Shown piece by piece: positions 1-12,600 of a DNA stretch of 64,000 nt. A model generated the notes under the pieces. It was not told the DNA's origin. It saw only the letters and a list, made by a program, of their open reading frames with translations, and did no database searches. Location of the stretch: assembly GCF_006345805.1 (NCBI RefSeq), contig NC_042997.1:123132001-123196000 (forward strand), written 5' to 3'. The first letter of the stretch is position 1; every line of letters begins with the position of its first letter. The position numbers were made by a program, and so were the translations under genes. This stretch comes from Octopus sinensis (Eukaryota).

Positions 1-594
1 TTAGAGTTATTTGGAAATTAGTTTGATAATGATCTTTGCTTCACATAGTCATTAGCAGTCCAACACTAATCAGCAGAATGAAGAGAAAGCAGAATTATTT
101 GTAGTATTCCTACTTGCTGAGACTGTGATGCGATTTCAAATTCTTTCTTTGTGGCATTGTGTTTCATTTGTGAACCTAATTTCATTGAAGGAGTTCTCGT
201 TTTCCTTCCCTATAACATAGAATTCTCTGTTACAACGCAATTATCATTAAATGGAATATAATTGCAGGATATATAACGAAAGCCATTCGAGTATTTATGT
301 AGATATCTGAGTTAATAATGGTGTATCATCAACTCATTTGTATTAGAAAGTGTTGGCGTTCTGATAAATCAGGCAGTTAATTCATTTCCTGAAATTACAT
401 GCAGGGATTTCGCAGCATTTACATGCAAACGATGCAGTTTTAAAGCACTATAATTTCGAATAAGTCGCGATGAAATTCTCTGCTCAACTCTCATAAAATA
501 ATAGCAATTTCCAATTTCCCGCTTCTCTTTGAAATTATACACTCATAAAATTTATTGCCAATAAAATATTACGTAATTTAAAATAAATATATAT

Positions 595-795
595 ATTCTT
601 CTTTTATCTATTATTTGTTTCAGTCATTAGATTGCGGCCACGCTGCTGCATCACGTTGAATAAATGTTAGTCTTATGCATCGAACCCAGCTTTTATTTTC
701 TTTAAAACTGATACTTATTCTATCAGTCTTTTATAATAAGTAGCGGGAATATAAACACACCAGTACCGGTTGGCAAGCGATTGTGAGAGACAAAC
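595..795 (-). mobile_element. tRNA-derived SINE family 1, degenerate 3' half
   Basis: Matches the 3' part (tgtttcagtcattagattgcggcc...) of the complete copies at 42543-42944 and 62544-62934. Confidence 0.7.
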
Positions 796-822
796 ACAGA
801 CATATAGGTACACACACACATC

Positions 823-882
<60 letters not shown>

Positions 883-1112
883 ACATATATATAAACACAT
901 ATGTACATGTATACATATGTATATATATATACTTTATAATTAGGGTTTAGCAAAGATTTGCTTCACCACATACCGAAGTTTAGAAATAGCAGTCAAAAAA
1001 CCTTAGCTATTTTTCTACTTTAAAAGGGACTATCAGAAAAACCAAAGTGCTTGAAAACAATCCACACAGGCAAAGAGGAAAAATAACGAAAATCAATCCA
1101 TATTTGGTTACA

Positions 1113-1201
1113 CATGTACGCGCGTTTCGGAATTAGATCGGTATAAAGAATATATAATATATAATTATACTTTACCCAACAATTTTCGACTCTTCAGCAC
1201 G
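1113..1201 (-). ncRNA. Minimal type I hammerhead ribozyme motif with irregular stem II
   Basis: Minus strand reads CGTG-CTGAAGA-[long irregular stem II, including GTATAA/TTATAC]-GAAA-CGCGCG-TA-CATG. Stem I is CGTG/CATG, helix III is the palindrome ACGCGCGT and the site is GUA. Confidence 0.55.
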
Positions 1202-1294
1202 GGATTCCAACAATATTAAATATTAAATATTAAATTCGAAGGCACTGGAATATTTCTCTCCACCGTAGCATCTTCTCCTCTTCCCTCTCAGCCC

Positions 1295-1601
1295 GACATG
1301 AAACTTCCCGTGCTCCAGATACCGCTGCAACACCTGCCCCTTCATCACCAACATCACTGCTGTCACCGGCTCCAACCTTTCTTTCCATTCAAAATGTGAC
1401 CGCGTGTGTACCTTTGGCGATTTTTTCCCTCCGTCTTCCCTTCTTTGGATCTTTCCTTTTCCTATGTTTCTGACGAAGAGCTCCGCTCGAAACGTTAAAC
1501 CCTCCTTCTTTCCATCCTTCCTGAGCGTCCAATAATACTATATTTGTTCCACGTCCTCGCGTTGTTATGCTTTCTCTTTGTGTTTTCATGTTTGAATTGA
1601 C

Positions 1602-1602
<1 letters not shown>
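1295..1602 (+). mobile_element. Penelope-like element derivative: Cys-rich linker remnant fused to a pLTR
   Basis: From 1305 the frame reads FPCSRYRCNTCPFITNITAVTG, resembling the Cys-rich linker between RT and GIY-YIG in Neptune-type PLEs. It is followed by an HHR-bearing terminal repeat that ends in (TA)n and is related to 46665-46867. Confidence 0.65.
1466..1500 (+). ncRNA. Minimal type I hammerhead ribozyme motif, intact core
   Basis: GTTT-CTGACGA-A-GAGC(TCC)GCTC-GAAA-C-G-TT-AAAC. Stem I is 4 bp, stem II is 4 bp, helix III is the palindrome ACGT and the site is GUU. Confidence 0.8.
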
Positions 1603-1640
<38 letters not shown>

Positions 1641-1641
<1 letters not shown>

Positions 1642-2535
1642 CTAGCAGCTAAACCCAGTTTCACGCGGTCTGTTTGGATGATGTGGCTGCGATCGTTTTT
1701 GGTTAGGCATAATCTATAACACCGTTTCTCAACGTTATCATTTCGGGTCCCATGTTTTAATTGGACCCTCTGACTGTATGAAAATTTCCGGACTTCCCCA
1801 ACCTACTTGACAGAAAACACCTTCAGGAGTTGTAGAAAACTAATTTGTATGTACTCTGTTTCTGAGAGCTATTCCATTGAACCTCTGTCTAATCATTAAA
1901 ACAATGATTTAATTATGAACATAGAAAGACATTATACATTGATCCCTATTTTTTGTAAGCAGTTGTATCCGTAAAAAATGTTATTTGCAGAGAGCAGAAA
2001 TTGAAAGAAGATACATGAAATGGAAGTTTGTGTGTGTGTATGTGTGTGTATATGTGCGTGTGTGTGTGTATGGGTGCATGCTTGCGCGTGTGTATGTGAG
2101 AGAGAAAGAGGGTGAGAAAGAGAGACTGAGTGAGTGAGTGAAGGTGTGTGTCGTGATGATTGACGTATTTGTACGTAGTCTGTTTCTGAGAGCTATTCCA
2201 TCGGACCTCTGTGTATTCATTAAATCATTGATTTAAGTATGAACATAGAAAAAAATTATACATTAATCCCTATTTTTGTAAGCAGTTGTATCCGTAAAAA
2301 AATTTATTTGCAGAGAGCTGAAATTGAAAACGATATATGAAATGGGCGTGTGTGCGTGTGTGTGTGCGTGTGTGTGTGCGTTTGTGCGTTTGTGCGTTTG
2401 TGTGTGTAGGTGTGTGTGTGCGTGTGTGCGTGTTTGTGTGTGTGTGCTTGCGCATGTGTATGTGAGAGATAAAGAGGCTGAGAAAGAGAGATAGAGTGAG
2501 TGAGTGGAGGTGTGTGTCATGATGATTGACGTCAT
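1641..2535 (-). mobile_element. Probable non-autonomous Helitron (3' end at 1641) with an internal tandem duplication
   Basis: Minus strand ends ...ACCGCGTGAAACTGGGT-TTAGCTG-CTAGT next to (TA)n, i.e. a GC-rich subterminal segment plus CTAG. Segments of about 1845-2167 and 2168-2535 are diverged direct copies. No 5' TC end was identified. Confidence 0.45.
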
Positions 2536-2904
2536 TTAGTGTACACACACACATAGAAAATGTCATCGTATAAAATTTTTATGATAGTTGATTTATGGAA
2601 TGGATTATGTTAAATTTTTGAAATGCAAATATGTGAATGAAAATTAAATTCAAACTTCTACATGGTAGCTAGACCTGGTAGAAATAGCAGCCAAATCACC
2701 CTAAAAAAACCCTACTGTCTTAATCGGAGAATTCTGCCTATTATGTGGTTTGAATAAGAAGCTGTCACTAAAGATTATTAACCCAACAAAGAGGTGAAAG
2801 AAGAGAGACAACATAGCGAAGGTTTTGGCTTACTGTGATCCTGTACTCTCCTTGCTGCGAGCGAAATGGTATATGCCGGCTGTGTGACTTACTGGTTGTT
2901 TTAA

Positions 2905-4690
2905 TGGTGGAACAAAGAGGGTTATTCCATTAGAAAAGCGTTAATCGATTTTCTCGGTAACTATGGGGGCTGGAAAAATACAAACCACAATCCAATATAT
3001 GTACCCGTCTCCTACAACTGCACTATATGGAAAACCCGTGCTACAACTACGAACAACATCAATAGCCGAAGAATATAAGGCAGGAAAGGCAAGGACAGTA
3101 ATGATGCTAAGGTATTCAAAAGATCAGAGCATCCGGAAAAACTGTCCAAATGTATCAACTGGGAGGAAATGGAAGGCGAAAGAGGCAGTAAACAGGGTGA
3201 TCGGAAAACTAAGGCACGCAGATATAGTCGGAGCGACTCAAGAAGCAAGAACCGGCCTAGGGTCGCCAAATTTCAGCTCATTTTGCAAGAGCAGTGTAAA
3301 AGAGATGAAAGAGGCAGTGGTATACGAAGTGAGAAAGGAGGAAGAAGAAAGGCGAAATGTACATTTGGTGCAATGCAGTCAACAGGGACAGTGCCTGAGA
3401 TGGGAGGAATATGTAATCAACCGCAGAATATCATGGAAGGAACTTTAGGCTTGGGAAGAAGCAAGAACATCCTTCCTGATCAAGTCTACCTTCGACGTTC
3501 TACCCTCACCGGCGAACTTAGTCCGGTGGAACATAAAAACAAACGATGAGTGTAGATGCGGTGAGAAAGCGACGGTTAGACATGTTCTGTCAAATTGCAG
3601 ACTAGCACTAGAAAGATATACATGGCGGTATAATCAAGTCCTCGGCGTTATAAGCGCAGCATTCAAGGAGAAGATCGAGAGGTACAATAGGGGAGAGTAC
3701 CCACAAGTAGAAAAGCGCAGGAAAGTATACTTCCACAAGGAGGGAAAAGGATATAAAACCAGGCCTACAATAAAGTATAGGAGATAGTTGAAAGATGGAA
3801 GGGATACTGGGAGGTGGCCACGGACTTGGAAAGACAAGTAATATTTCCACTAATAAAAACAACAAAAAGACCGGATTTGGTCCTATGGAACAGACACCGA
3901 GAATAGGAATTTTACTAGAACTGACAGTACCTTGGTAAGAGGACATCAATGCAGAGGAACGAAAGGAGAAGAGGTACGAAAAGCTAATCGAAGAATGCAG
4001 AGAACAGGGATGGAATGTCGAATATTATCACCCGGCAGTGGGGGATAGAAGCTTCATTGAAAGGAAAATGACAACGCTTTTCAAAAGAAGATTTTTTTTT
4101 CTAGCTCCGAGCTGTGAAAACTAATAAGGAGAGTACAGGAGGCGGTCGCAAAAGCCAGCTTCTATATATGGCTGAAGTGGGAAGACCGAAAATGGCTTGA
4201 AAGTCATAACATGCCGGCGGGAAATAACATCATTAGGTGAGACAAGCTGACACTGAATCAGCTTCGCTGACTGACAGGTGACGGTCGTTTAGAGAATGTG
4301 CGGGCTAAAACTACGCACCGTCACTAGTCAGTTAAGGTGAGACAGTGTCACGTGACAACTTGCTGTGACCGCTTGCTGGAACCTTCTGCCGGTATTTAAC
4401 GGGAAAAATTTGACAAGTCAGTCAGTCACCGGCTGACACTCGCTGACGATACATCAAAGAGGCCAGGGAACAGAATAAAGAAGAAGAAAGAAGACATGCA
4501 TACAACACCAGGGCTGAAGACACCTCCGAAAGTGAGGGGGCCCACCACGTCAAAACGATAGAGGAGTAGGGGCCGAAACCGAACGTGGTTCCTCCTGATG
4601 ATGCCTTGAGCTAACTGGATCCTATAAACGAAACACGGTTGTAATTCCCCATCCGTTTGGCTGTGAACCTCAAGACAAGAAAGAATACAA
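2905..4690 (+). mobile_element. HERO-type (R2-group, restriction-like endonuclease) non-LTR retrotransposon, 5'-truncated and degenerate
   Basis: Contains GRKWKAKEAV...LRHADIVG...GLG, then SFLIKSTFDVLPSPANL..W, a CRC...HVLSNC zinc knuckle, RY.WR.NQVL, the RLE motifs RPDLVLW...LELTVPW...ERK..RY..L..EC...GW, and the terminal AVAKASFYIWLKW. It has stops and frameshifts, followed by an approximately 450-bp putative 3' UTR. Confidence 0.85.
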
Positions 4691-4891
4691 CGATCGCCCA
4701 TGTCAAATTTCTATTATATATATACACACACATATACATACATGCGCGCGCGCACTCACACACACACGCACATATATATATGGGGAAAAAATTATATGGT
4801 AAATAGTCAATATGTCCAATTTTCGGCATATTTGGCATTAGAAATTTTTTCGTTTGCCCTTATTTATAAGTTGTATATATATATATACATA

Positions 4892-5261
4892 TCTAAATAT
4901 ATATAAAGCTGAGAGTGCACGTCTGTCTTTCTCTATGTCTGCATCACTGGGTCAAAGGAATTTTCAACTTCTTGCCGAATGCGAACCCAGAGCAATCTCT
5001 TATCTCATAAACTAATTCAATATTACGTGTCAAAAGTGAAACAACAACTCATCGCTTAATAACATATTTTGCAGTGTTCATGTCTCCATAAGTTAGCCGT
5101 CTCTCAAAATAGACTGATGGACTACGTACTAGACTTATAAAGAATAAACCCTGGGTTCGATTTCTTCAAGTAAAAACGTTGCTCCAGCATGACCGAAACA
5201 AGTAAAACAATAACAAACTATGTCATCTTTACCCTGAGCAACGTCGGGTGACTCTGCTAGC
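4892..5261 (+). mobile_element. Non-autonomous Helitron containing a SINE fragment
   Basis: 5' end is A^TCTAAATATATATAAAGCTGAGAGTG. 3' end is the hairpin-like CCCTGAGCAACGTCGGG followed by CTAG(C). A family-1 SINE 3' fragment lies at about 5110-5215. Confidence 0.6.
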
Positions 5262-5362
<101 letters not shown>

Positions 5363-5779
5363 CATACATATATATACAGTTAAACTGATGACTGTCAATT
5401 GACAAGCAACAAAAATAATAATAAGGATACTCATGGTGTATGTGGAGTGGGAGTGGTCTGGTTTGTAGAAAAATGACGTAAATCACATTAATGTCTAGCA
5501 GACGTATTCAGGGACCTTAGAGTGTGTAGGCAGGGGAAAGTGAGGCAGATTTGTAAAGGAGGGGGAAATCTAATTCTTTGGGTCAAAATACCGTATCAGC
5601 ATATGCTTCAAATGCCAAGATATCACAAATTGCCAAAGTGTAGTACAATGGTTTGGCTATGAGATGATGAATTTACTTATCCGTTTTCTGAAAAAGCAAC
5701 GCTTTGGACTTACGCCACTTTTCATATACGTATATATATACATATAAAATAAATATACATATATAAATAAAATATAAAT

Positions 5780-5830
<51 letters not shown>

Positions 5831-5873
5831 CTGATGCTACTGCCATTTCAGTCACTGATCATTGCCATAGTTC

Positions 5874-5931
<58 letters not shown>

Positions 5932-5945
5932 ATGTGTGTGTGTGT

Positions 5946-6001
<56 letters not shown>

Positions 6002-6424
6002 TGTGCGTGTGTGCGTGTGTGTGGATGATATATATTACATATTCTTGCAGGTTGTAAACATTAAATGCAATTTAATAATAGTTGATTATATTATCCAAAC
6101 ATTTTCCATTGTCGAATTTATCTTCCCTCGTTGATGGTTTTAACATTTAACCATCCGAATCCGCAAACACGTTTAAACAAATACGATTTCTTTTGATTAT
6201 GCGCCTGGCACATACAAAAATAAAGCGGTTTCAGGCTGGCTTAGAGAATTAGTGAAGCATAAACACAAAACTGTGTACCTGCCTATTTTGCGACTTCCGA
6301 CGATAGATATATAAATATATCTAGACAAGCAGATGGATACACAGGAAGAAAGATAACTAAACTAGAATGAAAACAAATAGGTATCCATGCTTATGTCTAC
6401 AAGATATAATCTTTTTATTTTTTC

Positions 6425-6686
6425 ATTCTTTTGCTTGCTTCCGCCATTAAACGACAGCATTTCTGTAGCACAGCCTTGAAAAATTGTATTCGAACGAATC
6501 GAAGCCATTCCTTATTTCATTTTTTAAGAGCCTTACTTATTCTATCGGAGCCATATGCCGATCGTATAGGTTACGAGGATGTAAACGCATCAACACCGGT
6601 TGTCAAGCATTAGTAGGGAACAAACGTTGACATAAACACACACGGAGGCACACACAGAGACACACACACATATACAATGGGTGTGA

Positions 6687-6728
<42 letters not shown>

Positions 6729-6880
6729 GGATATATATGTATGTACATTTCCGTCTATCAAATCCACTCACAATGCTTTGGCTTGATCCGACGCCATGGT
6801 AAAAGACACCTGCCAAATTTACCCCACAGTGGGACTGAACCCGGAACAGTGTGACTGGGAAGTACACTACTTATTTCACA
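6425..6880 (-). mobile_element. SINE family 1, degenerate full-length copy with central microsatellite
   Basis: tRNA-like head near 6880, central (TA)/(CA) tract and family-1 3' half. Confidence 0.65.
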
Positions 6881-6965
6881 TCTAGCCTGTTCACAGACTC
6901 AAGTTCACACACATGCACACACATATATACATATATATATATATATACATATATGTATATATATA

Positions 6966-7029
<64 letters not shown>

Positions 7030-7119
7030 ATATATATATATATAATATATATATATAATATATATATATATACGCACATATTTTCGTACATGCACACATA
7101 TATATATAGATATATATCT

Positions 7120-7335
7120 TTTATATTTTTCACTGTTTCAGTCATTAGACTGCGGCCATACTGGAGCGCGACCGTTAAGAAATTTTAGTGAAACAAATCG
7201 ATACCTGTACTTATTTTAATTAAGCCCGCTACACGTTGTCGAACCGCTTATTTAGAGGGATCTTAACATACCAACACCAGATGTCAAGTGGAGGCGTGGG
7301 ACAAAAACAGACACAAGGCCAAGCACACTTTCACA
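7120..7335 (-). mobile_element. SINE family 1, 3' half
   Basis: tttcagtcattagactgcggccatactggagc... matches the other copies. Confidence 0.75.
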
Positions 7336-9554
7336 CAAACAGATCACACACACACACACACATACACTCATATATATATATATTTATTTTAGAACACACC
7401 CTGTACAACTCTGAAAATCGGCAATCAATGAACGTAGGCTATTAAATCTGAATATAGTCAAATAATCAATGTTTGTGCTACAATCGCTCCTGTCAAACCG
7501 CCAAAGGTTCCTGATAGGAAACGTTATGAAATACAATGATTCGAACTTCAATTTATCACGTGTCAATACTTCAGAATAAAACAGATTATGCATTTCCATT
7601 TCAAAATTTGAAAAAATCATAAAATTCAGTTTCAATAAAAATTCTTATGTGCTTTTCGAAAAAATGTTGTGCAAGGGAAAAGGGTTTGCTATACTTTATC
7701 GTTTAGCTCCAGTAGTTTCAACCAAATAGGTGATTAAATAGTATGTTCTCATTGGATAGTGTTATCATCTGTGAAACTTAATTGTTTGCTGTGGTTCTAT
7801 TGTCGATTTTAGATTTCATTTCATGGATCACATAACACAAAAGCAATTTTATTTCAACATTATAGAGAATGAATACCGTAGCCATAGTAGCATGTTATAG
7901 ATATCAAAACAAAAACAAGGACATGAAAAAACATAGTATATCTTTCACTTAAATTAATGTCGACATCAGACGATTATTAAAATCTGTATATTGTATCAAA
8001 TATACTAAAGACCTATTGCAAGTGAAGCATTAACTTAGTGTTATAGAAAGATTACGAGATAAACAGTTTGGACGAGCCTATATACATACATTCATCTCTC
8101 TCGCTTTCTCTCTGGCTCTCTCTCTCTCTTTTTCTCTTTATATATATATATACTACTTCGTACATATTTGTTCTAATATATACGCAAACGTAAGAACACA
8201 TCCATTCTTACCTACGTACACACTCAAACATTACACATATACATACATACATACATACATACATACATACATACATACATACATACATACATGCACATAT
8301 ATGTATGTGTGCATTTTTGTATTCTTCTAATACTTGTAGTCTTTCGAATGCGGTTATAGTGGTAATACGCTGAAGAGACTAGTACTAAACTTTATCGATC
8401 CTTATCTTCGAATATGTATGATAATAGTGTTTTAAAAACTCACCTTCCATGACTCACGTCAACAACCATAAGATATTTCCGAGGAATTAGAGCGTTAGTT
8501 GTAGGCATTCACACCCATATGAAACCGTCAATATTAATGCATGTAACCCACTAAAACAAGTTGTGTAGTAGGTGCATCTGTGAGAAAACAGACAAGCGTA
8601 GCCTGCTTGGTAATGAGAGTGGTTTACGTTGTGCATTCCTCACGACGTAAAAGGATGAGTCAAAGGACGAATCAAATCCACAGAATGAGCGACCATCATG
8701 CAGCTGAGAATGTGGGACTAATAAACTGTTCTTTTAGTATCTCTCTATAAGGAAAATTCGAATATAATTCCTGCCGTTTCATGTGCATCCAAAATTATAA
8801 TGTAGTTCTTCTAGGGTAAATGCATTCGCTATTCAGAGAATGGGTTTGGTCCTTTGGAAAGATTTTCATCAATTTTAAAAGCTTCAGTTCAGCATCGCTT
8901 GATATTAACATACCCATTGTATGTTGCATAATATAAGTGGCTTTAGCCGACAATCGAAAAATGCTCGATGAAAAATGCCATGATGGCATCACCTAATGTC
9001 CCAGTGAGTGTGATAAGCTCTATGAAGACTTCTAACTTGCGTCCTTTGTTGCTATATCTGTGCAAAAGTGTCTAAGTTCCGGAAACGACTGAGAAGTCAC
9101 AATTGTGTTGCTCTCATTTAAAAGAACTGTTGAACCTTGGCCTTATTCGGGATGCATTTGCAGACATCGCGCACAGGCATACAAGAAACATTCATATACA
9201 CATGCACAAACACATACGCACTCTCTCACTTACGCACATACACACACGCGCACAGATGTGTATATTTATATATATATATGTGTGTGTGTGTGTAGCTAAA
9301 ATGTAAAAGAAATAATTCCTGAGTTATCGAGGACAAATGCTGTTCCAAATAGTGCATATTTCTGAATTAATGCAACACTTATATTACCACCAAACTCAAT
9401 TAGGAATCTGCCATATCTGTTGGTGGCGGTACTTATAATAGTTTGGAATACTTTTAAGAACTCACCACAATCTTCGTTTTCCCTCAGTCCAATCCTAGTA
9501 TTTCTCTGTTTTCTTCCATTCTTACCTCTACAATATTATTATTGGCTTCAAATT

Positions 9555-9680
9555 TTGGCCAGAAAAGATGAAAGGAAAAGTCGACCTCCGCGGTATTTGA
9601 ACTCAGAACGTAAAGACAGACAAAAATCCGCTAAACATTTTTGCCCGGTATTCTAACGATTCTAACAGAATGCCACTTTC
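9555..9680 (-). mobile_element. SINE family 2 fragment
   Basis: gatgaaaggaaaagtcgacctccgcggtatttgaactcagaacg matches family 2. Confidence 0.7.
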
Positions 9681-12600
9681 GCTTGAACATAATATAGAAC
9701 AAATCAAAGACCGGGGTCTTTTATAGATCGGTAAGTAACGCTTTGGTATGGAACGGTAAATTATACCTGTACTATATATTTTAAAATATTCTTAAAAGAT
9801 TGCAAAATAAGTATTTTAAATTGTCAAACTTTGATTACTGATGGAATAATTTTTCTGCACTTTCTATTGTGAAAGGACAGAACCAGCCCGAAGGTATATC
9901 ACCAAAGATACCGCATACGTTATTAGTATGAATATATTCAACATATTATTAATGAAATCGTATAATATCAAATATCGGGCACTTGAGATTTTTCTGTGTT
10001 ATTCTTACTGAATATAAGAATCCAATACTGATAAGAATCCAATACTGCATATCAGTAAAACGCTGAAGGCGTATAAATATAAAATATAATATATCATTAT
10101 CGCCTCTTCATAAATTCTTAGTAAATATATATGTTGGTACACCATTTTTAGATGTTATATTTTTGAAAGGTCATTTAATAGTAATTACTGATAAAATCTG
10201 CAAGAAATATATTTCTACCATAATTTTAGAATTTAGACGCAGAAACTTCATCGATTTTAAGGTTTCACCAAAATCATTAATATATGAATACGGTTAGCCG
10301 ACCATCAATAATGAACATCAGTAGAATGAAAGACATAATAATGTCTATGGGTGTTTAGTGTAGTAACGTGCTGATGTCTTATTTAAACATTAAATGAAGT
10401 TTAAAGTGCACTAGGCGATTGAACTTTCTTCACCACAGGTGCTATGCGACAATATTAGAAATTAATATTCATTGGAATAGCATGCTAGATATGCTTCAAG
10501 CAAACTGAGGCATCATTATTACTGTTGGAATTACTTCGTGTGCATTGTGTTCACGCCTAAGCTATAGAACATCTAATTCATATTTAATTAAAACAAAAGG
10601 AGCGTTTCAAATTGTAAATAATTTACATAGACATTTACCCGTCTAATAATACATTGAATATACATATGTAGTAGCAGACCCCTATTCTGAATTGCTGCAT
10701 GTTCAAACACACCTTGTTTTAACATCCAGTTAACATACATTATTTCGTGCAACATTTATTGATATATTATAAGTATTAGAAGCTATTTTCTTTTATATAA
10801 AAATAGCATGTTTACATTATAGAATAAATATCCAAAGCATACTCCCTTTCTTCTATGAAAACAATTTTCTTCGTATTGCAGCCAAAATATGAATTCTGCC
10901 CCACTACTAGACAATTGAAGTTTTTTTTTTATATTATGTAAATAGATAGTCAACATTTTAACCAGTAATACATGTCTCTCTGAGACATATTATGTCAATA
11001 AACACAGGCTAATCATTCCCTAGATGGCTCTCCTAGACTATTTGTACAGTTATATCCCATCTATGTAATGTATACTCTCAAAAGACATGCGTTCTTTGGC
11101 TATCTTCTAACATTGGCATCAGTAGATATAACACAAATTATGTTCCATTGACTATTTCGGTGGCTAATACTGCATAAATCTATGTAGATGGCATTATCCT
11201 ACTATATAAATGACTAACATTAAATTCTTGTGTTGTGAATGATTTCTGGTTTACACCTGTTTTAGGTTTTCTCTTTTGAGTCAATCACAAAAATATTTTT
11301 AACGTAAGAAATAATTTTACAACTAATACATAACATTCAATGGCATATATATATATATATATATAAATTTGTGTTACCGTTATTCGCCAGTTTGTAGCGG
11401 GACAAAGTGCACTAGGCGATTGAACTTTCTTCACCACAGGTGCTATGCGACAATATTAGAATTTAATATTCATTGGAATAGCATGCTAGATATGCTTCAA
11501 GCAAACATAGATGGATGGGAGTACGGTAGAAATAAGAAGAATTTAAGCGAAATATAATGTTCCATTTTGTACCCTGCTTCTTTTATCTCTCGAAATTGCG
11601 TGTTATCACGTATCTAATGCTTTATTAACACGAGTTACATGGTGTTTAGATACATATATTTTAACACTTCGTTTTTGTTTCTACAAAGGGTGTCAAACAA
11701 TTTGAAATCATGACTATACCCCAGAGTAAATTGTAATTAAATCTCATATTTTTATGGCAATATAAGCAGCATATTATGTATGTGAGGCATAACATCACCA
11801 CTTGCTCTAATTATATATATTGAACATAAATCTTTGTGAAGGATAAACCCGTAGCATGTGTAGTCTTCATTCATATCACTATTCTTGTTCGCTATTACCT
11901 TTATAGCATTGTAAAATTCACACATAATATGGTTAATATTACTTTCACATAATTTCTATTTTCCTATACAAGTGACAGAATATTGACTTACAAAGTAGGA
12001 AAAAAATAATATACTGACTATTGAGAGAACTATTGCCTACAATTTTCCTACTTTTGCAGAACTGTCATGTTGTTCACACAGTAAAGAATTACATCCAGAA
12101 TATTGTATTTAAATGTTTCTTCGCTTGTAGGTATTAGTTTATTTCATATAGAATACTTTCCTACAATATGTTATTTCCTGGTTGTATTTTGTTATAACTT
12201 TTATAAAGATGTAATTTTCTATGTAAAATGTAATTTAAACACACAGACAAAACTCACTTTAATTCATTTCATTCTTCTATTTTCGTAATTCCGTTTTAGT
12301 TTTCAAGAAATCTTTCTTACAAACATATATTTGACGATCCTCTCAATATTTCTATAACAGGAAGAATATTTTTGTATGTAAATACTAAAATCTATAATTT
12401 TAGTTTGCATTTTAGTTTGATAGATTATATAACTCAGTCTCAATACTATGCATGTGTACACGTGGTGTCTGTATAATAACTATATTAATACGTTCTTAAT
12501 AATTTGAGATGGTTGACTGGCTGATAATTGTAGGATCCCCGACAGCCATTCCTAGGACATCGAGGCTCTGTCGTTAGGTATACTTCAGCTCTGAAATCAT

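Noticed and set aside
4595-4645. CTGATGA...GAAAC...GTA in the HERO 3' UTR as a hammerhead
   Set aside because: No stem II closing the core and no stem I partner.
8364-8420. CTGAAGA...TCTTCGAAT hammerhead-like string
   Set aside because: GAAA is broken and stems I and III cannot be formed.
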